Source: Alphaproteobacteria bacterium
Lineage (GTDB): Bacteria > Pseudomonadota > Alphaproteobacteria > CAAHEQ01 > UBA3637
Length of the DNA: 64,000 nucleotides
NCBI GenBank assembly: GCA_017412085.1
Contig: JAFPYS010000019.1
Coordinates: 90,155-154,154, forward strand
Reading direction: 5' to 3'
In this document: in pieces, positions 47,201-58,152 of the stretch
Layout: each line of letters opens with the position of its first letter
Position numbering within the stretch: position 1 is the first letter of the stretch
Position numbers and translations under genes: made by a program
Notes under the pieces: model-generated
Database searches by the model: none
Told to the model about the DNA's origin: nothing
The model's input: the letters and a program-made list of their open reading frames with translations, nothing else

Positions 47201-47667
47201 AGCCCACCGCGAACCGCATATTCGCCCATCTCCATCACCACATCTGTATTCTGGTACCCATTATCATTTAAAAACTTCAAAACATCATCAAAGGCAATTG
47301 TTGCCCCTAGTTTCAATGATAATGCAGTTCCTTTAAAAAAATCCTTAGGTGGCAACAATTGAGCCCATGCCGCTACTGAAGTCAAAACAATAGTATCTTT
47401 TACGCCGCTTACCAATTCTGTTAACGTATCAATTTGCGTCCCCAGAATTTCGGGAGATGGAGCTGTTCTGTCATACGGCACTGTATCCCATGCCGGAAAC
47501 ACAAGCACCTTTTGTTTTGGCATCAGCGTATGAATTAAGTCGGCCAAAAAATTGAGGCGTTTTTCATTTTGTGCCACATGTACTAATACACCTTTTGACG
47601 GCAATAGTTGTCTCAAAACAAAAGGCTCAAAACCACTTGGCACACCGGAAAGTTTTTTCATATACAT
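44263..47667 (-). CDS. mfd: transcription-repair coupling factor Mfd
   Basis: 1134 aa. UvrB-homology N-terminus, RNAP-interaction domain, SF2 translocase motifs (GDVGFGKTEVA, DEEQHFGV, QLRGRVGR), C-terminal TRG region. Confidence 0.95.
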   Translation of the reverse strand: MYMKKLSGVPSGFEPFVLRQLLPSKGVLVHVAQNEKRLNFLADLIHTLMPKQKVLVFPAWDTVPYDRTAPSPEILGTQIDTLTELVSGVKDTIVLTSVAAWAQLLPPKDFFKGTALSLKLGATIAFDDVLKFLNDNGYQNTDVVMEMGEYAVRGGLLDIFAAGMETPVRLDFFGDEIDSIRTFDPISQRTLSKIDSFAIKPNRLFKMTPESQELFRSRYRNLFGEVRDDAVYQAVSEGRYLQGMEHFLPLFYDNMMHLKDYLPDAVYTFDPQFYQSLAARETQIQDYYDARLQALKDKNLNKSKYYPIPKELFFIDKNQSDKLVSSSDAYMLTPFQDVGAKDQGARAGRDFVDIRVKNDQDIFEAVADFIRSCGKKVIVTAAMGGSGQRILAQLKEKNLFLSEVETWDHALKHAPSLFVAPFESGFQTDDFIVITEADMFGERIQRPIKKKRAENFIQDVSTLSVGDLVVHQVHGIGQFAGLVPLQLDGAAHDCLCILYAGNDKLFVPVENADILSRYGSGEVALDHLGSQSFANKKERVKKDLFAMADKLLDIASHRVLNKVDRILAPHGLYQEFCARFPYTETDDQLRTIQEIETDLAKGTPMDRLVCGDVGFGKTEVAMRAAFLAVLSGKQVVVVAPTTLLARQHTQNFTERFQGFPVRIDTLSRLVIPTHAKKVKKELENGSLDIVIGTHAVLSKTIKFKNLGLVIVDEEQHFGVAHKERLKELKTGVHVLTLTATPIPRTLQLSLSGVRELSVIATPPVDRLAVKTYVMPFDPVVIKEAILREHFRGGQTFFVVPRITDMPEVAEVLKSILPDIKVVQAHGQMAASQLEKIMTDFSEKKFDVLLATSIIESGLDMLSVNTIIVYRADMFGLAALYQLRGRVGRGKIKAYAYLTTPMEQTLSENAHKRLEVIGRLDSLGAGFALASHDLDIRGAGNLLGDDQSGHIREIGVALYQKMLAEAVATLRAEKAGDKEPVQQDFSPQVSVGLPVLIPDTYIADLDVRMDLYHRMSELTTIAEIESMRAELIDRFGQYPIETDNLFMTLELKILAKQANIERIDAGEKGATVSFFNNTFPNPAGLIKYIQEQLGTVKLRPDQKLIVMRPWGRVETRLKGVRDMIQKFAELAKEVV

Positions 47668-47670
47668 TCC

Positions 47671-49038
47671 TTAAAAGAAGGATAACTCTACTGTAAACAG
47701 CTTTTCTGCTTCTTGCACAAAACCACGTTCTACAAACACAAATGCAATATCCCCCGCCTGAACAATAAGTTCTTTATCTGGGCATAAAAATGTCCCTTTC
47801 CTTAAAACGCCACCTAATGTAATTCCCTTAGGAATCTTAATCTTTTCCAACGCATTTTTCGTAATCCGAGCCGTTGGCAAAACTTCAATTTGTAACAATT
47901 CTCCCAAACCTGATTGCAAGAAATAACCATCTTGCACACGTCCTTTACGCAAATGTTGCAAAATTGCAGAAACCATCACGGCGTTTGGATTGATAAAAGA
48001 ATCGATTCCTAATCCAGACACGTAATTCATGTATAATTCATTGCGTATAAGCGCACATGAGCGCGAAATACCATTGCGTTTAGCCAACAAAGAAAGCAAA
48101 ACATTGTTTTCATCTGTATGTGTTGTAGCAACGGCAACATCATAATTTTTGAATTCAATTTCATCTAATAATTTATCATCAAAACCATCCCCTTTAATGA
48201 TTAAGGCATCATTTAAATGCGATGCCAAAAATTCGGATCTTTCTTCTGATTTTTCAATAATCATCACATTTTGCCGGTCAATTGGTGCTTCCAAAAAACT
48301 ACCCAAAGCATACCCAATTTGCCCTCCACCAAAAATCAAAACATTATCAGGCATTGACATTGTATAGCCAAAGATGTCAAGGACACGCTCCAAGTGGCCC
48401 GCAGCAACAAAGAAATAAACATCATCCCCCACCTTAATGGATGCTTCTTTTAAATCTACCAACTGATTTTTATGATTCACAGCCACAATGGTAAAATTCA
48501 CATTGGCAATCAGTTCACGGATTTGACGTATTGTCTTGCCCACCAACGCACAGTTTTTGCGACATTTAAGCCCTACAAATTCAACTTTGTTATCACAAAA
48601 TGAAGTCACATCCATCGCTCCATTAATCGTTAAATCAGCCAAAATACGCTTTGCCGTTTCCTGTTCGGGAGAAACCACAACATCAATCGACAAACTCTTC
48701 AAAAACTCTGCGTTCTTTTTATCCAAGTACTCAGAAGACGCCAATCTTGCAACACGCTTATTAACTTGAAACAATGTTTTTGCTAATACACAACAAATAA
48801 TGTTTACATTGTCATTTCCAGTCACAGCCAATAAAACATCCGCATCCTTTGCGCCCGCACGAGACAACACAGTTGGAGACGTCCCAGATCCAACAATCGT
48901 TTGAATATCCAATTGTTCTGCTAAATGAGACAATGCTTCCTTTTGTGTATCAATCAAAACAACTGCATGGTCTTCTGTTCTCAAATATTTAGCTAAGGCA
49001 ATACCAACCTGACCAGCGCCAACAATAATAACTTTCAT
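47671..49038 (-). CDS. trkA: Trk system potassium uptake protein TrkA (tandem RCK/NAD-binding domains)
   Basis: Two Rossmann GxGxxG repeats (IIVGAGQVG and LIFGGGQIG). Start ATG overlaps the dus stop (ATGA) and has a GGAAGGAG RBS. Confidence 0.85.
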   Translation of the reverse strand: MKVIIVGAGQVGIALAKYLRTEDHAVVLIDTQKEALSHLAEQLDIQTIVGSGTSPTVLSRAGAKDADVLLAVTGNDNVNIICCVLAKTLFQVNKRVARLASSEYLDKKNAEFLKSLSIDVVVSPEQETAKRILADLTINGAMDVTSFCDNKVEFVGLKCRKNCALVGKTIRQIRELIANVNFTIVAVNHKNQLVDLKEASIKVGDDVYFFVAAGHLERVLDIFGYTMSMPDNVLIFGGGQIGYALGSFLEAPIDRQNVMIIEKSEERSEFLASHLNDALIIKGDGFDDKLLDEIEFKNYDVAVATTHTDENNVLLSLLAKRNGISRSCALIRNELYMNYVSGLGIDSFINPNAVMVSAILQHLRKGRVQDGYFLQSGLGELLQIEVLPTARITKNALEKIKIPKGITLGGVLRKGTFLCPDKELIVQAGDIAFVFVERGFVQEAEKLFTVELSFF

Positions 49039-49946
49039 ACCCCTTCTCCTTCCCAAAAATCTCTAACCAGATTTTTTAAGTGTATTTCATTTTCTTCAAG
49101 ATACATTTTTTCACGCCATTTTGCAACCCCCTTTTTATGTGAAGCATACCATGCCAAGTGCTTGCGCGCCACATATAACCCCGCATGCCCATAATACGAT
49201 AATAACATATCCAAGTGCATCAAAGCAATTTCTGGTGTATTAATCTTCAACTTAACCCCATTTTCAATTTCCGTTAAACGCCACGGTTTCCCAAGCAAAG
49301 CGCGTCCAATCATCACTGAGCTTGCACCACTTTGCCCCAATGCCTCTTTGGCCGTTTCATGATCAACGATATCACCGTTCACAATTATAGGACAATTAAG
49401 CTTTAACCTTTTTAAAACACTCCAATCAGCCTTTCCCGCATATCCTTGCGACTTCGTGCGCGCATGCACCTCAATACGATCTGCGCCAGCATCCACCAAT
49501 TGAGGGGCAAAAGTAAAAATATCTTTGCTATTTTCCCATCCAAGTCGTGTTTTAACAGAAACCGGCAAATGCGTATGTGATTTCACCGCCTCAACCAAAC
49601 GACAAGCTAAATCCACATCTTTCAACAACATAGCCCCCGAATGATTTTGTATTAACTTGCGTACAGGGCATCCCATATTAATATCGATTCCCATTACATC
49701 AAAATCCGTTATTATTTCCGCGGCCTTTGCCATTGAATCTGGATTCGCACCGACCAGCTGCACAACAATATTTTTTTCTTTCTTAAAAGTTAGCATCTTC
49801 AATGTCTTGGGATGAGCATGAACCAATGTTTCAACCCCTATCATTTCTGAAAAAAGTGGCTGATCTCCAAACAACCTTAGGATTTGTCGAAATGGATAAT
49901 CAGACACACCGGCCATTGGTGCTGAAAAAACGCTTATTTTGTTCAT
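49035..49946 (-). CDS. tRNA-dihydrouridine synthase (Dus family)
   Basis: FSAPMAGVSDYPFRQI N-terminal motif. TIM-barrel FMN-binding motifs (MGCP, VKTRLGW). Confidence 0.85.
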   Translation of the reverse strand: MNKISVFSAPMAGVSDYPFRQILRLFGDQPLFSEMIGVETLVHAHPKTLKMLTFKKEKNIVVQLVGANPDSMAKAAEIITDFDVMGIDINMGCPVRKLIQNHSGAMLLKDVDLACRLVEAVKSHTHLPVSVKTRLGWENSKDIFTFAPQLVDAGADRIEVHARTKSQGYAGKADWSVLKRLKLNCPIIVNGDIVDHETAKEALGQSGASSVMIGRALLGKPWRLTEIENGVKLKINTPEIALMHLDMLLSYYGHAGLYVARKHLAWYASHKKGVAKWREKMYLEENEIHLKNLVRDFWEGEGV

Positions 49947-51565
49947 CTAAATTCATCGCTTTCCATTTTTTGAACCAAATTCTGATATTCCGGAAAAACT
50001 CGAGAAAAATCCTTTTCTCCGGGAAACATCTGACTTAGCGCCCTATTAAACCATTCCATTGCTTCCTGTCTTTTCCCTTGTGATTCAAGGTAACGAGCAA
50101 CAATCAATTGCGCGGGGGCATAATCATTTTCCGCCGCTTTTAAATAGTATGGGAAAGCGGCATCTTTTCCATCTTGTTTTTCATAAATTCTGGCAAGCGC
50201 CATATTCGCACCAATGTGTCCCTGCCTAGATGCTTGATGATAATATTCCTTTGCTTTATCCATACTTTTCGGGACCATTTTACCCTCTTCCCAAATTTTA
50301 CCTAAATTAAACTGACTACCAGCATCCCCCAACTCAGCATAATGCATTTCCCACATTAAATTATCCTGAAACTCGTCAAAACTCCACGCACTCATAGAAA
50401 AAGATACCCCAAAACACACGATCACAATTTTCAACAAATTCCATGTCTTTTTTGCCCATTCACTGCCAGGGAAGCTGATCATCCATCCTTTGGCAAATTT
50501 CTTTGCCAAATGTTTCTTCTTCTTATATAATTCTAAAATTGCATTTTGAATACGCTTTTCCAAGCCCACCCGTTGAGGCTTTAACACCAGCAATTTAAAA
50601 TAAAGTCCTAACGCCTCTTCATAATCCTCTGTTTGCTCCAACAAAATAGCCAATTTATAAAGACTTGGAAAATGATTAGGATTTTGTTGGATCACATAAC
50701 GTGTGTGTTCCAAAGCCACAGGAAATTGCCCTTGTGCCATCAACACATTACTTAATCCTTCATGCGCTACGACCAAAGTATTGTCCAACGCTAAGGCTTT
50801 TTGATACGATAAAGCCGCCTGCTCCCAATTTTTTTGATGTTCTAATAATAATCCTTGTTGAAGCCACGCATTGGAATTGTATGCATCCAATTCAATCGCT
50901 TTTTGCAACGCCTTCATAGCCTCATCGGGACGTTTAAGCCCCTCCAAGATGCCAGCATAAAGCGTCCAATCACGACTAAAAATCAAATAGTCTTTTAAAG
51001 TTGTTTCTGCTTTTTTCCATGATTTCTGGCTCATATAAAAACGCGCCAAATGATAGGTGGTATTTTCATTAGCTTCTGCCGCATATGCTTGAACCAACAA
51101 CGCCTCTTTTTCCTTCTTTTTCGTCGTTATTGAGGCCAATCCCAAATAAGCAGATGCAATTTTCCCATTCATCTTTAACGCGGTTCGAAGATAATCTTTT
51201 GCTTCTTTAATTTTGCCTTGTGTTAAATAAATTAGCCCCATCTCTGTCCGTACTTTGGGATTATTCATTTGTTTTGAATAAAAAGAAAGGGCTTCCTCCA
51301 AATGTCCCTGAGCACGTAAAACCTCTGCAAAAGCTAGCTGATAATTAGAAATATCTGGATACAACTCTAAAGCTTCATGCAACAAATCCGCAGCAACAGT
51401 CAGTGCTTTTTGACGATAGGCAATAAGTCCCAACAAATACAAAGCATCACCATGCGTCGGAGAAATAGCCATTGCCTCACGACACAATGTCTCTGCAAGG
51501 CGCAAATTTTCTGAATTAAAGGCCTCAAAAGCTCTATCTAATAATTCGTCAATTTTATTCATCAT
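49943..51565 (-). CDS. tetratricopeptide-repeat protein with a central TM segment and C-terminal Sel1-like repeats
   Basis: Multiple TPR-like 34-aa repeats (ALxLxP, AxxxxGxxL patterns). C-terminal GDAGSQFNLGKIWEEG and APAQLIVARYL are Sel1-like. Start placed at the internal MMNK to avoid a 65-nt overlap with rodA. Confidence 0.55.
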   Translation of the reverse strand: MMNKIDELLDRAFEAFNSENLRLAETLCREAMAISPTHGDALYLLGLIAYRQKALTVAADLLHEALELYPDISNYQLAFAEVLRAQGHLEEALSFYSKQMNNPKVRTEMGLIYLTQGKIKEAKDYLRTALKMNGKIASAYLGLASITTKKKEKEALLVQAYAAEANENTTYHLARFYMSQKSWKKAETTLKDYLIFSRDWTLYAGILEGLKRPDEAMKALQKAIELDAYNSNAWLQQGLLLEHQKNWEQAALSYQKALALDNTLVVAHEGLSNVLMAQGQFPVALEHTRYVIQQNPNHFPSLYKLAILLEQTEDYEEALGLYFKLLVLKPQRVGLEKRIQNAILELYKKKKHLAKKFAKGWMISFPGSEWAKKTWNLLKIVIVCFGVSFSMSAWSFDEFQDNLMWEMHYAELGDAGSQFNLGKIWEEGKMVPKSMDKAKEYYHQASRQGHIGANMALARIYEKQDGKDAAFPYYLKAAENDYAPAQLIVARYLESQGKRQEAMEWFNRALSQMFPGEKDFSRVFPEYQNLVQKMESDEFR

Positions 51566-52718
51566 CAATCGACCCCAACCGACCAATAACCATTTCTTTA
51601 TTAATGGCCACGCATTCAATCAACCCAAAACCTATAAATAATGTTAGCATTGCCGTTCCACCATAGCTCATCAGTGGCAATGGCACACCTACAACTGGCA
51701 TTAATCCCATAACCATTCCCATGTTGATAAACACATAAAGCGCAAAATTTACTGTCAACCCTAAGGCTAAAATCTTACCAAAAAAATTCGTACATTTAAG
51801 TGCAATCATCATACCATAAAAAATAATAATCATATATAACGCATACAAAACCAAAGAGCCCAACAAACCAAATTCTTCGGCCAACACCGTAAAAATAAAA
51901 TCTGTTTGTTTTTCTGGAATAAAACTTAGTCGACTTTGGGTCCCCTGCATAAAACCTTTGCCCCAAAAACCACCAGAACCCAATGTAATTTTTGATTGTG
52001 TGATATGATATCCCGCCCCCAATGGATCGCGTTCTGGGTTTAAAAAAGTCAACACACGCTGTTTTTGATAATCGTGTAAATGTGCCCACACTAAAGGAAT
52101 AGCAGCCGTCCCAGCAATTAGTACCAACAAAAACTTCCAAACCTGTACGCCCACCAAGAAAAAAATAGCGGCCGTTTCAAAAACCAACATCATAGCCGTC
52201 CCCAAATCCGGCTGTTTTAGAATTAATAAAACGGGAACTCCCATCATCAACAAAGGAGGTATAACAAATTTCACACGACGAATATCCTCCAAACTGGCCC
52301 CATGAAAATATCGTGCTAACGCCAAAATAAGCGCAATTTTCATACATTCGGAAGGTTGTAAATTGACAACACCCAAATTCAACCACCTTTGGGCGCCCAT
52401 TCCTATATGCCCAAAAACTTCCACCCCCAGCAACATAAGCAAAGTAAGGCCATAAATCCAATATGCATACCGCATAAACAACCTTAAATTAAAAAATGCC
52501 ACAACCATTAAAAAGCATAAACTAACAATAAAACGCACCGTTTGTTTGCTGGCCCACGGCGACCAATTGCCGCCCCCCACAGAGTAAAGGACACCAATGC
52601 CAATAAAAACAACTAAACAAATAAAAAAGAGAAATTGCCAATTAAAACCACTCCACTTTTCTTTGAAGGAGAGATTATAGTTTTTCATATAACAGTTTCT
52701 GTCTTTAAAAAAACTCAT
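51555..52718 (-). CDS. rodA: peptidoglycan glycosyltransferase RodA (SEDS family)
   Basis: 10-TM SEDS protein (PxxxxGxxxxLGxxxLQPSE-like LNLGVVNLQPSECMK), directly downstream of mrdA with ATGA overlap. Confidence 0.85.
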   Translation of the reverse strand: MSFFKDRNCYMKNYNLSFKEKWSGFNWQFLFFICLVVFIGIGVLYSVGGGNWSPWASKQTVRFIVSLCFLMVVAFFNLRLFMRYAYWIYGLTLLMLLGVEVFGHIGMGAQRWLNLGVVNLQPSECMKIALILALARYFHGASLEDIRRVKFVIPPLLMMGVPVLLILKQPDLGTAMMLVFETAAIFFLVGVQVWKFLLVLIAGTAAIPLVWAHLHDYQKQRVLTFLNPERDPLGAGYHITQSKITLGSGGFWGKGFMQGTQSRLSFIPEKQTDFIFTVLAEEFGLLGSLVLYALYMIIIFYGMMIALKCTNFFGKILALGLTVNFALYVFINMGMVMGLMPVVGVPLPLMSYGGTAMLTLFIGFGLIECVAINKEMVIGRLGSIDDE

Positions 52719-54553
52719 TTGCGCGTTACTCCTTCTTTTAGTTTAGCGTCTTCAATATCTAAACGCAAGGCTTCTTTTAAAATCTTAGACGCCACAGGCG
52801 CTGCCGCAGAAGAACCACCGCCACCGTGCTCAACAACCACAATCACAGCATACTTTGGCTTATCTGTTGGCGCATACGCCGCAAATAATGCGTGATCCCG
52901 ACTTTCCCAAACCATATCTTTTTGCTTTTTGATACCTTCTTCACGTTCCTTTAGGGAAATTCGACGAACTTGTGTTGTAGCCGTCTTGCCCGCCATCCGT
53001 TTCCCATCAAGATCAAACCGACTTTTGTAAGCGGTCCCATTCTCATGGTTTACCACATCATACATCCCGGCACGAATCAAACGTAAATGCGCATTATTAA
53101 ACAGCGAGGCAGTCGATGTAACTTTGTCCTGTTTTAAAAAATGCAGATCGATCAAATGGCCATTATTTGCAATAGCCGCGATTGCGCGCACCAACTGCAA
53201 AGGTGTTGTTAACAAAAATCCTTGTCCAATGCTCAGATTCAACGTATCCCCCATACGCCAATCATCTTTTTTCGTCCGCATTTTCCACTCTGGCGTCGGT
53301 AATAACCCATTTTTATCTCCTATCATCTCGGTTACAACATTCTCGCCAAAACCAAGTTTTTGCGCAGTTTCTACAATCTTCTCTACACCGATTTTTTGCG
53401 CCATTTCATAAAAATACACATCGCAAGAATGACGCAAAGCTTCTCGTAAAGTTAAAGATCCATGACCTTCATGTTTCCAACAATGAAACTTTTGATTACC
53501 TAATTGTGTTGCGCCCGAACAATAAACACGTTTATCTGGATCAATCACACCGCTTTCTAATCCAGCCAAACCAACAACCAATTTAAAAATAGAGCCGGGA
53601 GAATAAGCGCCAAATAATGCCTTATTTTGCAATGGTTTCTTTTGATTATTCATCAGTTTATTCCACTTTTTCTGGCTGATAGAAGACAAAAACATATTTG
53701 GGTCAAAAGAAGGAGTTGATACAAAACTTAAAATTTCACCCGTTTGCACATTCACAACAATCGCCGTGCCCGCCTCATTTCCCAATGCTTCCATTGCCAT
53801 CTTTTGTAAACGGATATCTATTGTAAGGTTCAAATCCTCCCCAGCGACAGATTTTCCCTCTTCCATCAACCTAACCGTTCTGCCCATCGCATTAATTTCT
53901 GTTTTTTTAAATCCGGGTTTTCCCCTCAAACGAGATTCCAGACTTTGCTCCAGCCCCGTTCGACCAATTCTATAACCCGCCAAATCAAACCATATACTGT
54001 CCACGTTGGTGTCGCGATCATTCAACAAGGAAACATAGCCCAACACATGCGCCGTTAAATCTTTCTTTGGATATGTACGAATCATCGTTTCTTCAATTTG
54101 AATTCCCGTCAATACAGGAGCATTTAAATGCAACAAAACTACCTGCTCTTTTGTTAGATTATCTTTGATTTGAATGGGCATAAAAGCTCGTTTATACTTT
54201 ATTTCTCTTAAAATTCGTTTTTCTTCATCTTCTTCTAAAGGAATCAGTTTCTTAAAATTATCCAACGTTTTTTGATAATCTTCGGCTTGTTCTTTTATCA
54301 AAACAGCCTGAAAAATCTTGTGATTATCCGCCAAAATAACACCATTTCTATCATAAATCTTACCACGATCTGGCATTGTTAAACGAATGGCCGTTCGATT
54401 CTTCTCGGCCAACACAAAAAAACGTTCTCCTTGCAAAATTTGTAAATAAAACAAACGCCCAATTAAAATCAAACTAATACAAACAAATATTACACTTAGT
54501 ATAATTGTTCGAACAACAATTTCTCGTGCTTTTTCGTATTTCCAAACGCTCAT
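52715..54553 (-). CDS. mrdA: penicillin-binding protein 2 (peptidoglycan D,D-transpeptidase MrdA)
   Basis: N-terminal TM anchor, dimerisation domain, and transpeptidase motifs SxxK (SIFK), SxN (SCD) and KTG (KTGT). Confidence 0.9.
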   Translation of the reverse strand: MSVWKYEKAREIVVRTIILSVIFVCISLILIGRLFYLQILQGERFFVLAEKNRTAIRLTMPDRGKIYDRNGVILADNHKIFQAVLIKEQAEDYQKTLDNFKKLIPLEEDEEKRILREIKYKRAFMPIQIKDNLTKEQVVLLHLNAPVLTGIQIEETMIRTYPKKDLTAHVLGYVSLLNDRDTNVDSIWFDLAGYRIGRTGLEQSLESRLRGKPGFKKTEINAMGRTVRLMEEGKSVAGEDLNLTIDIRLQKMAMEALGNEAGTAIVVNVQTGEILSFVSTPSFDPNMFLSSISQKKWNKLMNNQKKPLQNKALFGAYSPGSIFKLVVGLAGLESGVIDPDKRVYCSGATQLGNQKFHCWKHEGHGSLTLREALRHSCDVYFYEMAQKIGVEKIVETAQKLGFGENVVTEMIGDKNGLLPTPEWKMRTKKDDWRMGDTLNLSIGQGFLLTTPLQLVRAIAAIANNGHLIDLHFLKQDKVTSTASLFNNAHLRLIRAGMYDVVNHENGTAYKSRFDLDGKRMAGKTATTQVRRISLKEREEGIKKQKDMVWESRDHALFAAYAPTDKPKYAVIVVVEHGGGGSSAAAPVASKILKEALRLDIEDAKLKEGVTRK

Positions 54554-55059
54554 GGGACAACCTCCCGAGCTTTCCTATCTAAATGTGCACAAAAACGCAT
54601 CATAAACGGATAAATCAACGTGAGAATCCAAAATTCCACAAATATTGGTTGGAAAGAAACTGGATATTGTGCCAACAAATCCACCAATTCATAATTTAAA
54701 AATTCAATTATTAAGAATAACGAGGCAAAAACAGTCCACAGAGGAATGAATGTCATTTCTAGTAAATATTTTCGTAAGAAATTTGCGATAAAATAGAGTA
54801 AAACGAAACAAAATACTGTTACACCAAACGGACTTTGAACAAATAAATCAGAAATCATACCCAAAATAAAAACCGCCCATGAGCTCAAGCATCTAGGATT
54901 ATAGATAGCAAAATAAAAAATCGGCACGATACACCACTGAACAGCATAGGGATAATATGGCAAAAAATGAAAAGGAACCAGGTGACAAACAATTAACACT
55001 AAACACAGAAAAAATGGCATTAAGCGCCATACCCAAAAGCGTATATTCACTGATCTCAT
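54550..55059 (-). CDS. mreD: rod shape-determining protein MreD
   Basis: 169-aa polytopic membrane protein positioned between mreC and mrdA. Confidence 0.7.
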   Translation of the reverse strand: MRSVNIRFWVWRLMPFFLCLVLIVCHLVPFHFLPYYPYAVQWCIVPIFYFAIYNPRCLSSWAVFILGMISDLFVQSPFGVTVFCFVLLYFIANFLRKYLLEMTFIPLWTVFASLFLIIEFLNYELVDLLAQYPVSFQPIFVEFWILTLIYPFMMRFCAHLDRKAREVVP

Positions 55060-55060
55060 G

Positions 55061-55921
55061 CTATGGCTCCTTACAATCTGTATTCAGCAAAACATCAGAT
55101 AACCCAAAATCCACTAAACGCACAAACTCAAGCCCCTCTCCTAACTCAAACAGATCCACATCAATTTCATTTTCAATCACAGAACGCACCACACCTATAT
55201 TTAATCCAGAAGGATAAACCCCCATATAACCAGAAGTCAAAATTACATCTCCAACCTTTATTTCTGAGACCCTATCTGTAAAAATAATTTTAGGATGATT
55301 GGTGTTATCTCCCGTTAAAATGGCGGGAATACGTTTCTCTCCCACCAAAACAGGCACACGAGACAAATAATCGGTCAGCATCATCAACCGACTGCCATGA
55401 TCTCCCACTTCAATAACTCTTGCAAAAAGCCCCTTATCTGTCATCGCAACAGCGCCATTTCGAACGCCCTCAGTCTTACCAGCCAAAGCAACATATGAAC
55501 GTGAAAACTTATCTCCCGTATCCATAACAAGCCGTGCCGTCACAGATGTAGAATTCGGATGCGAAACATATCCAACCAATTTTTTTATTTCATTTTGCTC
55601 TGATTGCAATTGAAGTGCCAAGGCGCGCCATTCACGCAACGAAGCATTCTCTTGTTCTAATTCTTGATTTCTACGATATAAAAATAACGCGTTAAAAAAA
55701 GTGTCTTTTCCCGCTTTTAACCATCTTGCGGGCGCTGATAACACCATAACAACCGGGACTAATTTATCCGCTATATACCCACGCGCTGCCACTATCGCAG
55801 GATTTTGTGTACGCCAAAGTGTCATTAGAACAATGGCTAACATCAAAAACACCACCGGAATCAAGCGTCTGATCTGGGATCTAATCCTTTTCAGGCGAAA
55901 CTGCTTGTTTTCCATGTGCAC
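55061..55921 (-). CDS. mreC: rod shape-determining protein MreC
   Basis: N-terminal TM, coiled coil (LEQENASLREW...), and two C-terminal beta-barrel domains (GxVxG patterns). Confidence 0.8.
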   Translation of the reverse strand: MHMENKQFRLKRIRSQIRRLIPVVFLMLAIVLMTLWRTQNPAIVAARGYIADKLVPVVMVLSAPARWLKAGKDTFFNALFLYRRNQELEQENASLREWRALALQLQSEQNEIKKLVGYVSHPNSTSVTARLVMDTGDKFSRSYVALAGKTEGVRNGAVAMTDKGLFARVIEVGDHGSRLMMLTDYLSRVPVLVGEKRIPAILTGDNTNHPKIIFTDRVSEIKVGDVILTSGYMGVYPSGLNIGVVRSVIENEIDVDLFELGEGLEFVRLVDFGLSDVLLNTDCKEP

Positions 55922-55936
55922 CCCATTGGGTTAGAA

Positions 55937-57016
<1,080 letters not shown>

Positions 57017-57052
57017 TCATACACCAAACCGTAATAAAATACAAGCACTTTT

Positions 57053-57565
57053 TTAATATTTTATACCTATACATAAAACATCTGGCACTTCATCCGTACA
57101 ATCCGTCTTGCTTTTCTTGCATTTTCCACCTGAATATTCGTATATACCTACAACTTCACCCTTAGCATAATGCTTTTTCTCCTCTTGCACACGCTTCATT
57201 AAAGCCTTGCACACTGACGCATCCAAAGCCTTTCCACCATTAACATTTCCCACAGGAACAGCAACATAACCAAGCGCCGCCTCACGCTTGACACCGGTAT
57301 TGTTATCGCCCACACCGTAGCCATAAGACGTTATAGCAGAAGCTCCACCAGCCTGTTTATCAAAAACACCATAAGTCAATTTACTAGACTTCTTTTCTGC
57401 AACCAATGCACGTTTACGTACCTCATCCAACAAATTGTTTAATCGCACTTGAGATGTCGCATCTCCAAAAAAGGCCATACCACCAACGGTCAAAAGTCCT
57501 ATGAGCGCCAAAACACCAAGCATTTCCAATAGCGTACGCCCACTATTTTTTTCCATTCGTTGCAT
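57053..57565 (-). CDS. type IV pilin-like protein (prepilin-type N-terminal cleavage/methylation domain)
   Basis: MQRMEKNSG|RTLLEMLGVLALIGLLTVGGMAFF, with Gly-1, Arg+1, Glu+5 and a hydrophobic helix. The C-terminal pair of Cys (C...C) is typical of a pilin disulfide loop. Confidence 0.6.
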   Translation of the reverse strand: MQRMEKNSGRTLLEMLGVLALIGLLTVGGMAFFGDATSQVRLNNLLDEVRKRALVAEKKSSKLTYGVFDKQAGGASAITSYGYGVGDNNTGVKREAALGYVAVPVGNVNGGKALDASVCKALMKRVQEEKKHYAKGEVVGIYEYSGGKCKKSKTDCTDEVPDVLCIGIKY

Positions 57566-57623
57566 TATTCACACTCCTTTTATATGATAGAATTGATTTA
57601 ACTATTTTTTATAGGATTTGTCA

Positions 57624-57652
57624 ATAAAAAAAACCCACACAAAATGGTGGGT
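57624..57652 (-). terminator. rho-independent terminator after the 57786..58067 gene
   Basis: Hairpin ACCCAC-CATTTTGT-GTGGGT followed by T8 on the minus strand. Confidence 0.55.
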
Positions 57653-57785
57653 AAAAAAAGTGGAACAGTAAAAAGAAGGGGGAAAATCCAAACTTGTATG
57701 CAAGGTTGAGGAGTATTACACAACAAGCCTCTTTACTGTTCCGGCGATGATTATATCATCTTTTTAATTATTTGTCAAGTATTTT

Positions 57786-58067
57786 TTATCTTTCGCTTGA
57801 CACAAAATGTGTGTTATTGGTCAATGCTGGATTAACCGCTTGTTTTTGTGCAACTGCAGGGGCCTTTTTACTATATTTAGCCAAAGAACGACCCGCCGCA
57901 TACACAGCACATCCGAACCAACCAATACCAGCTGCCGCAATCATTAAACAAGCACCAGCAACAGCAACAACTTGCTTGGTTGTATAAGCACGTCCATCTG
58001 ACATGTAATAAACACCATCACGTTTGACATAAGTCAATTCATCTTCTGTTTTAATTTGTTCTGCCAT
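57786..58067 (-). CDS. hypothetical small membrane protein (93 aa)
   Basis: A single central hydrophobic helix, VVAVAGACLMIAAAGIGWFGCAVYAAG. No family recognised. Confidence 0.4.
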   Translation of the reverse strand: MAEQIKTEDELTYVKRDGVYYMSDGRAYTTKQVVAVAGACLMIAAAGIGWFGCAVYAAGRSLAKYSKKAPAVAQKQAVNPALTNNTHFVSSER

Positions 58068-58152
58068 TTGAAATCTCCTTTCGAACAGGAAATATTATAC
58101 CACAAACCTTTATTTTTGTCAATCTTTTCTGCATTAAGTGAACAAAAAGGGC

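Noticed and set aside
47671-49056. MGRRRG N-terminal extension of trkA, and similar extensions of the glk-like, chrA-half, lectin-like and O-acetyltransferase ORFs
   Set aside because: In each case an internal ATG with a good Shine-Dalgarno sequence, or with ATGA coupling to the upstream stop, gives a conserved N-terminus. The longer ORFs are six-frame artefacts.
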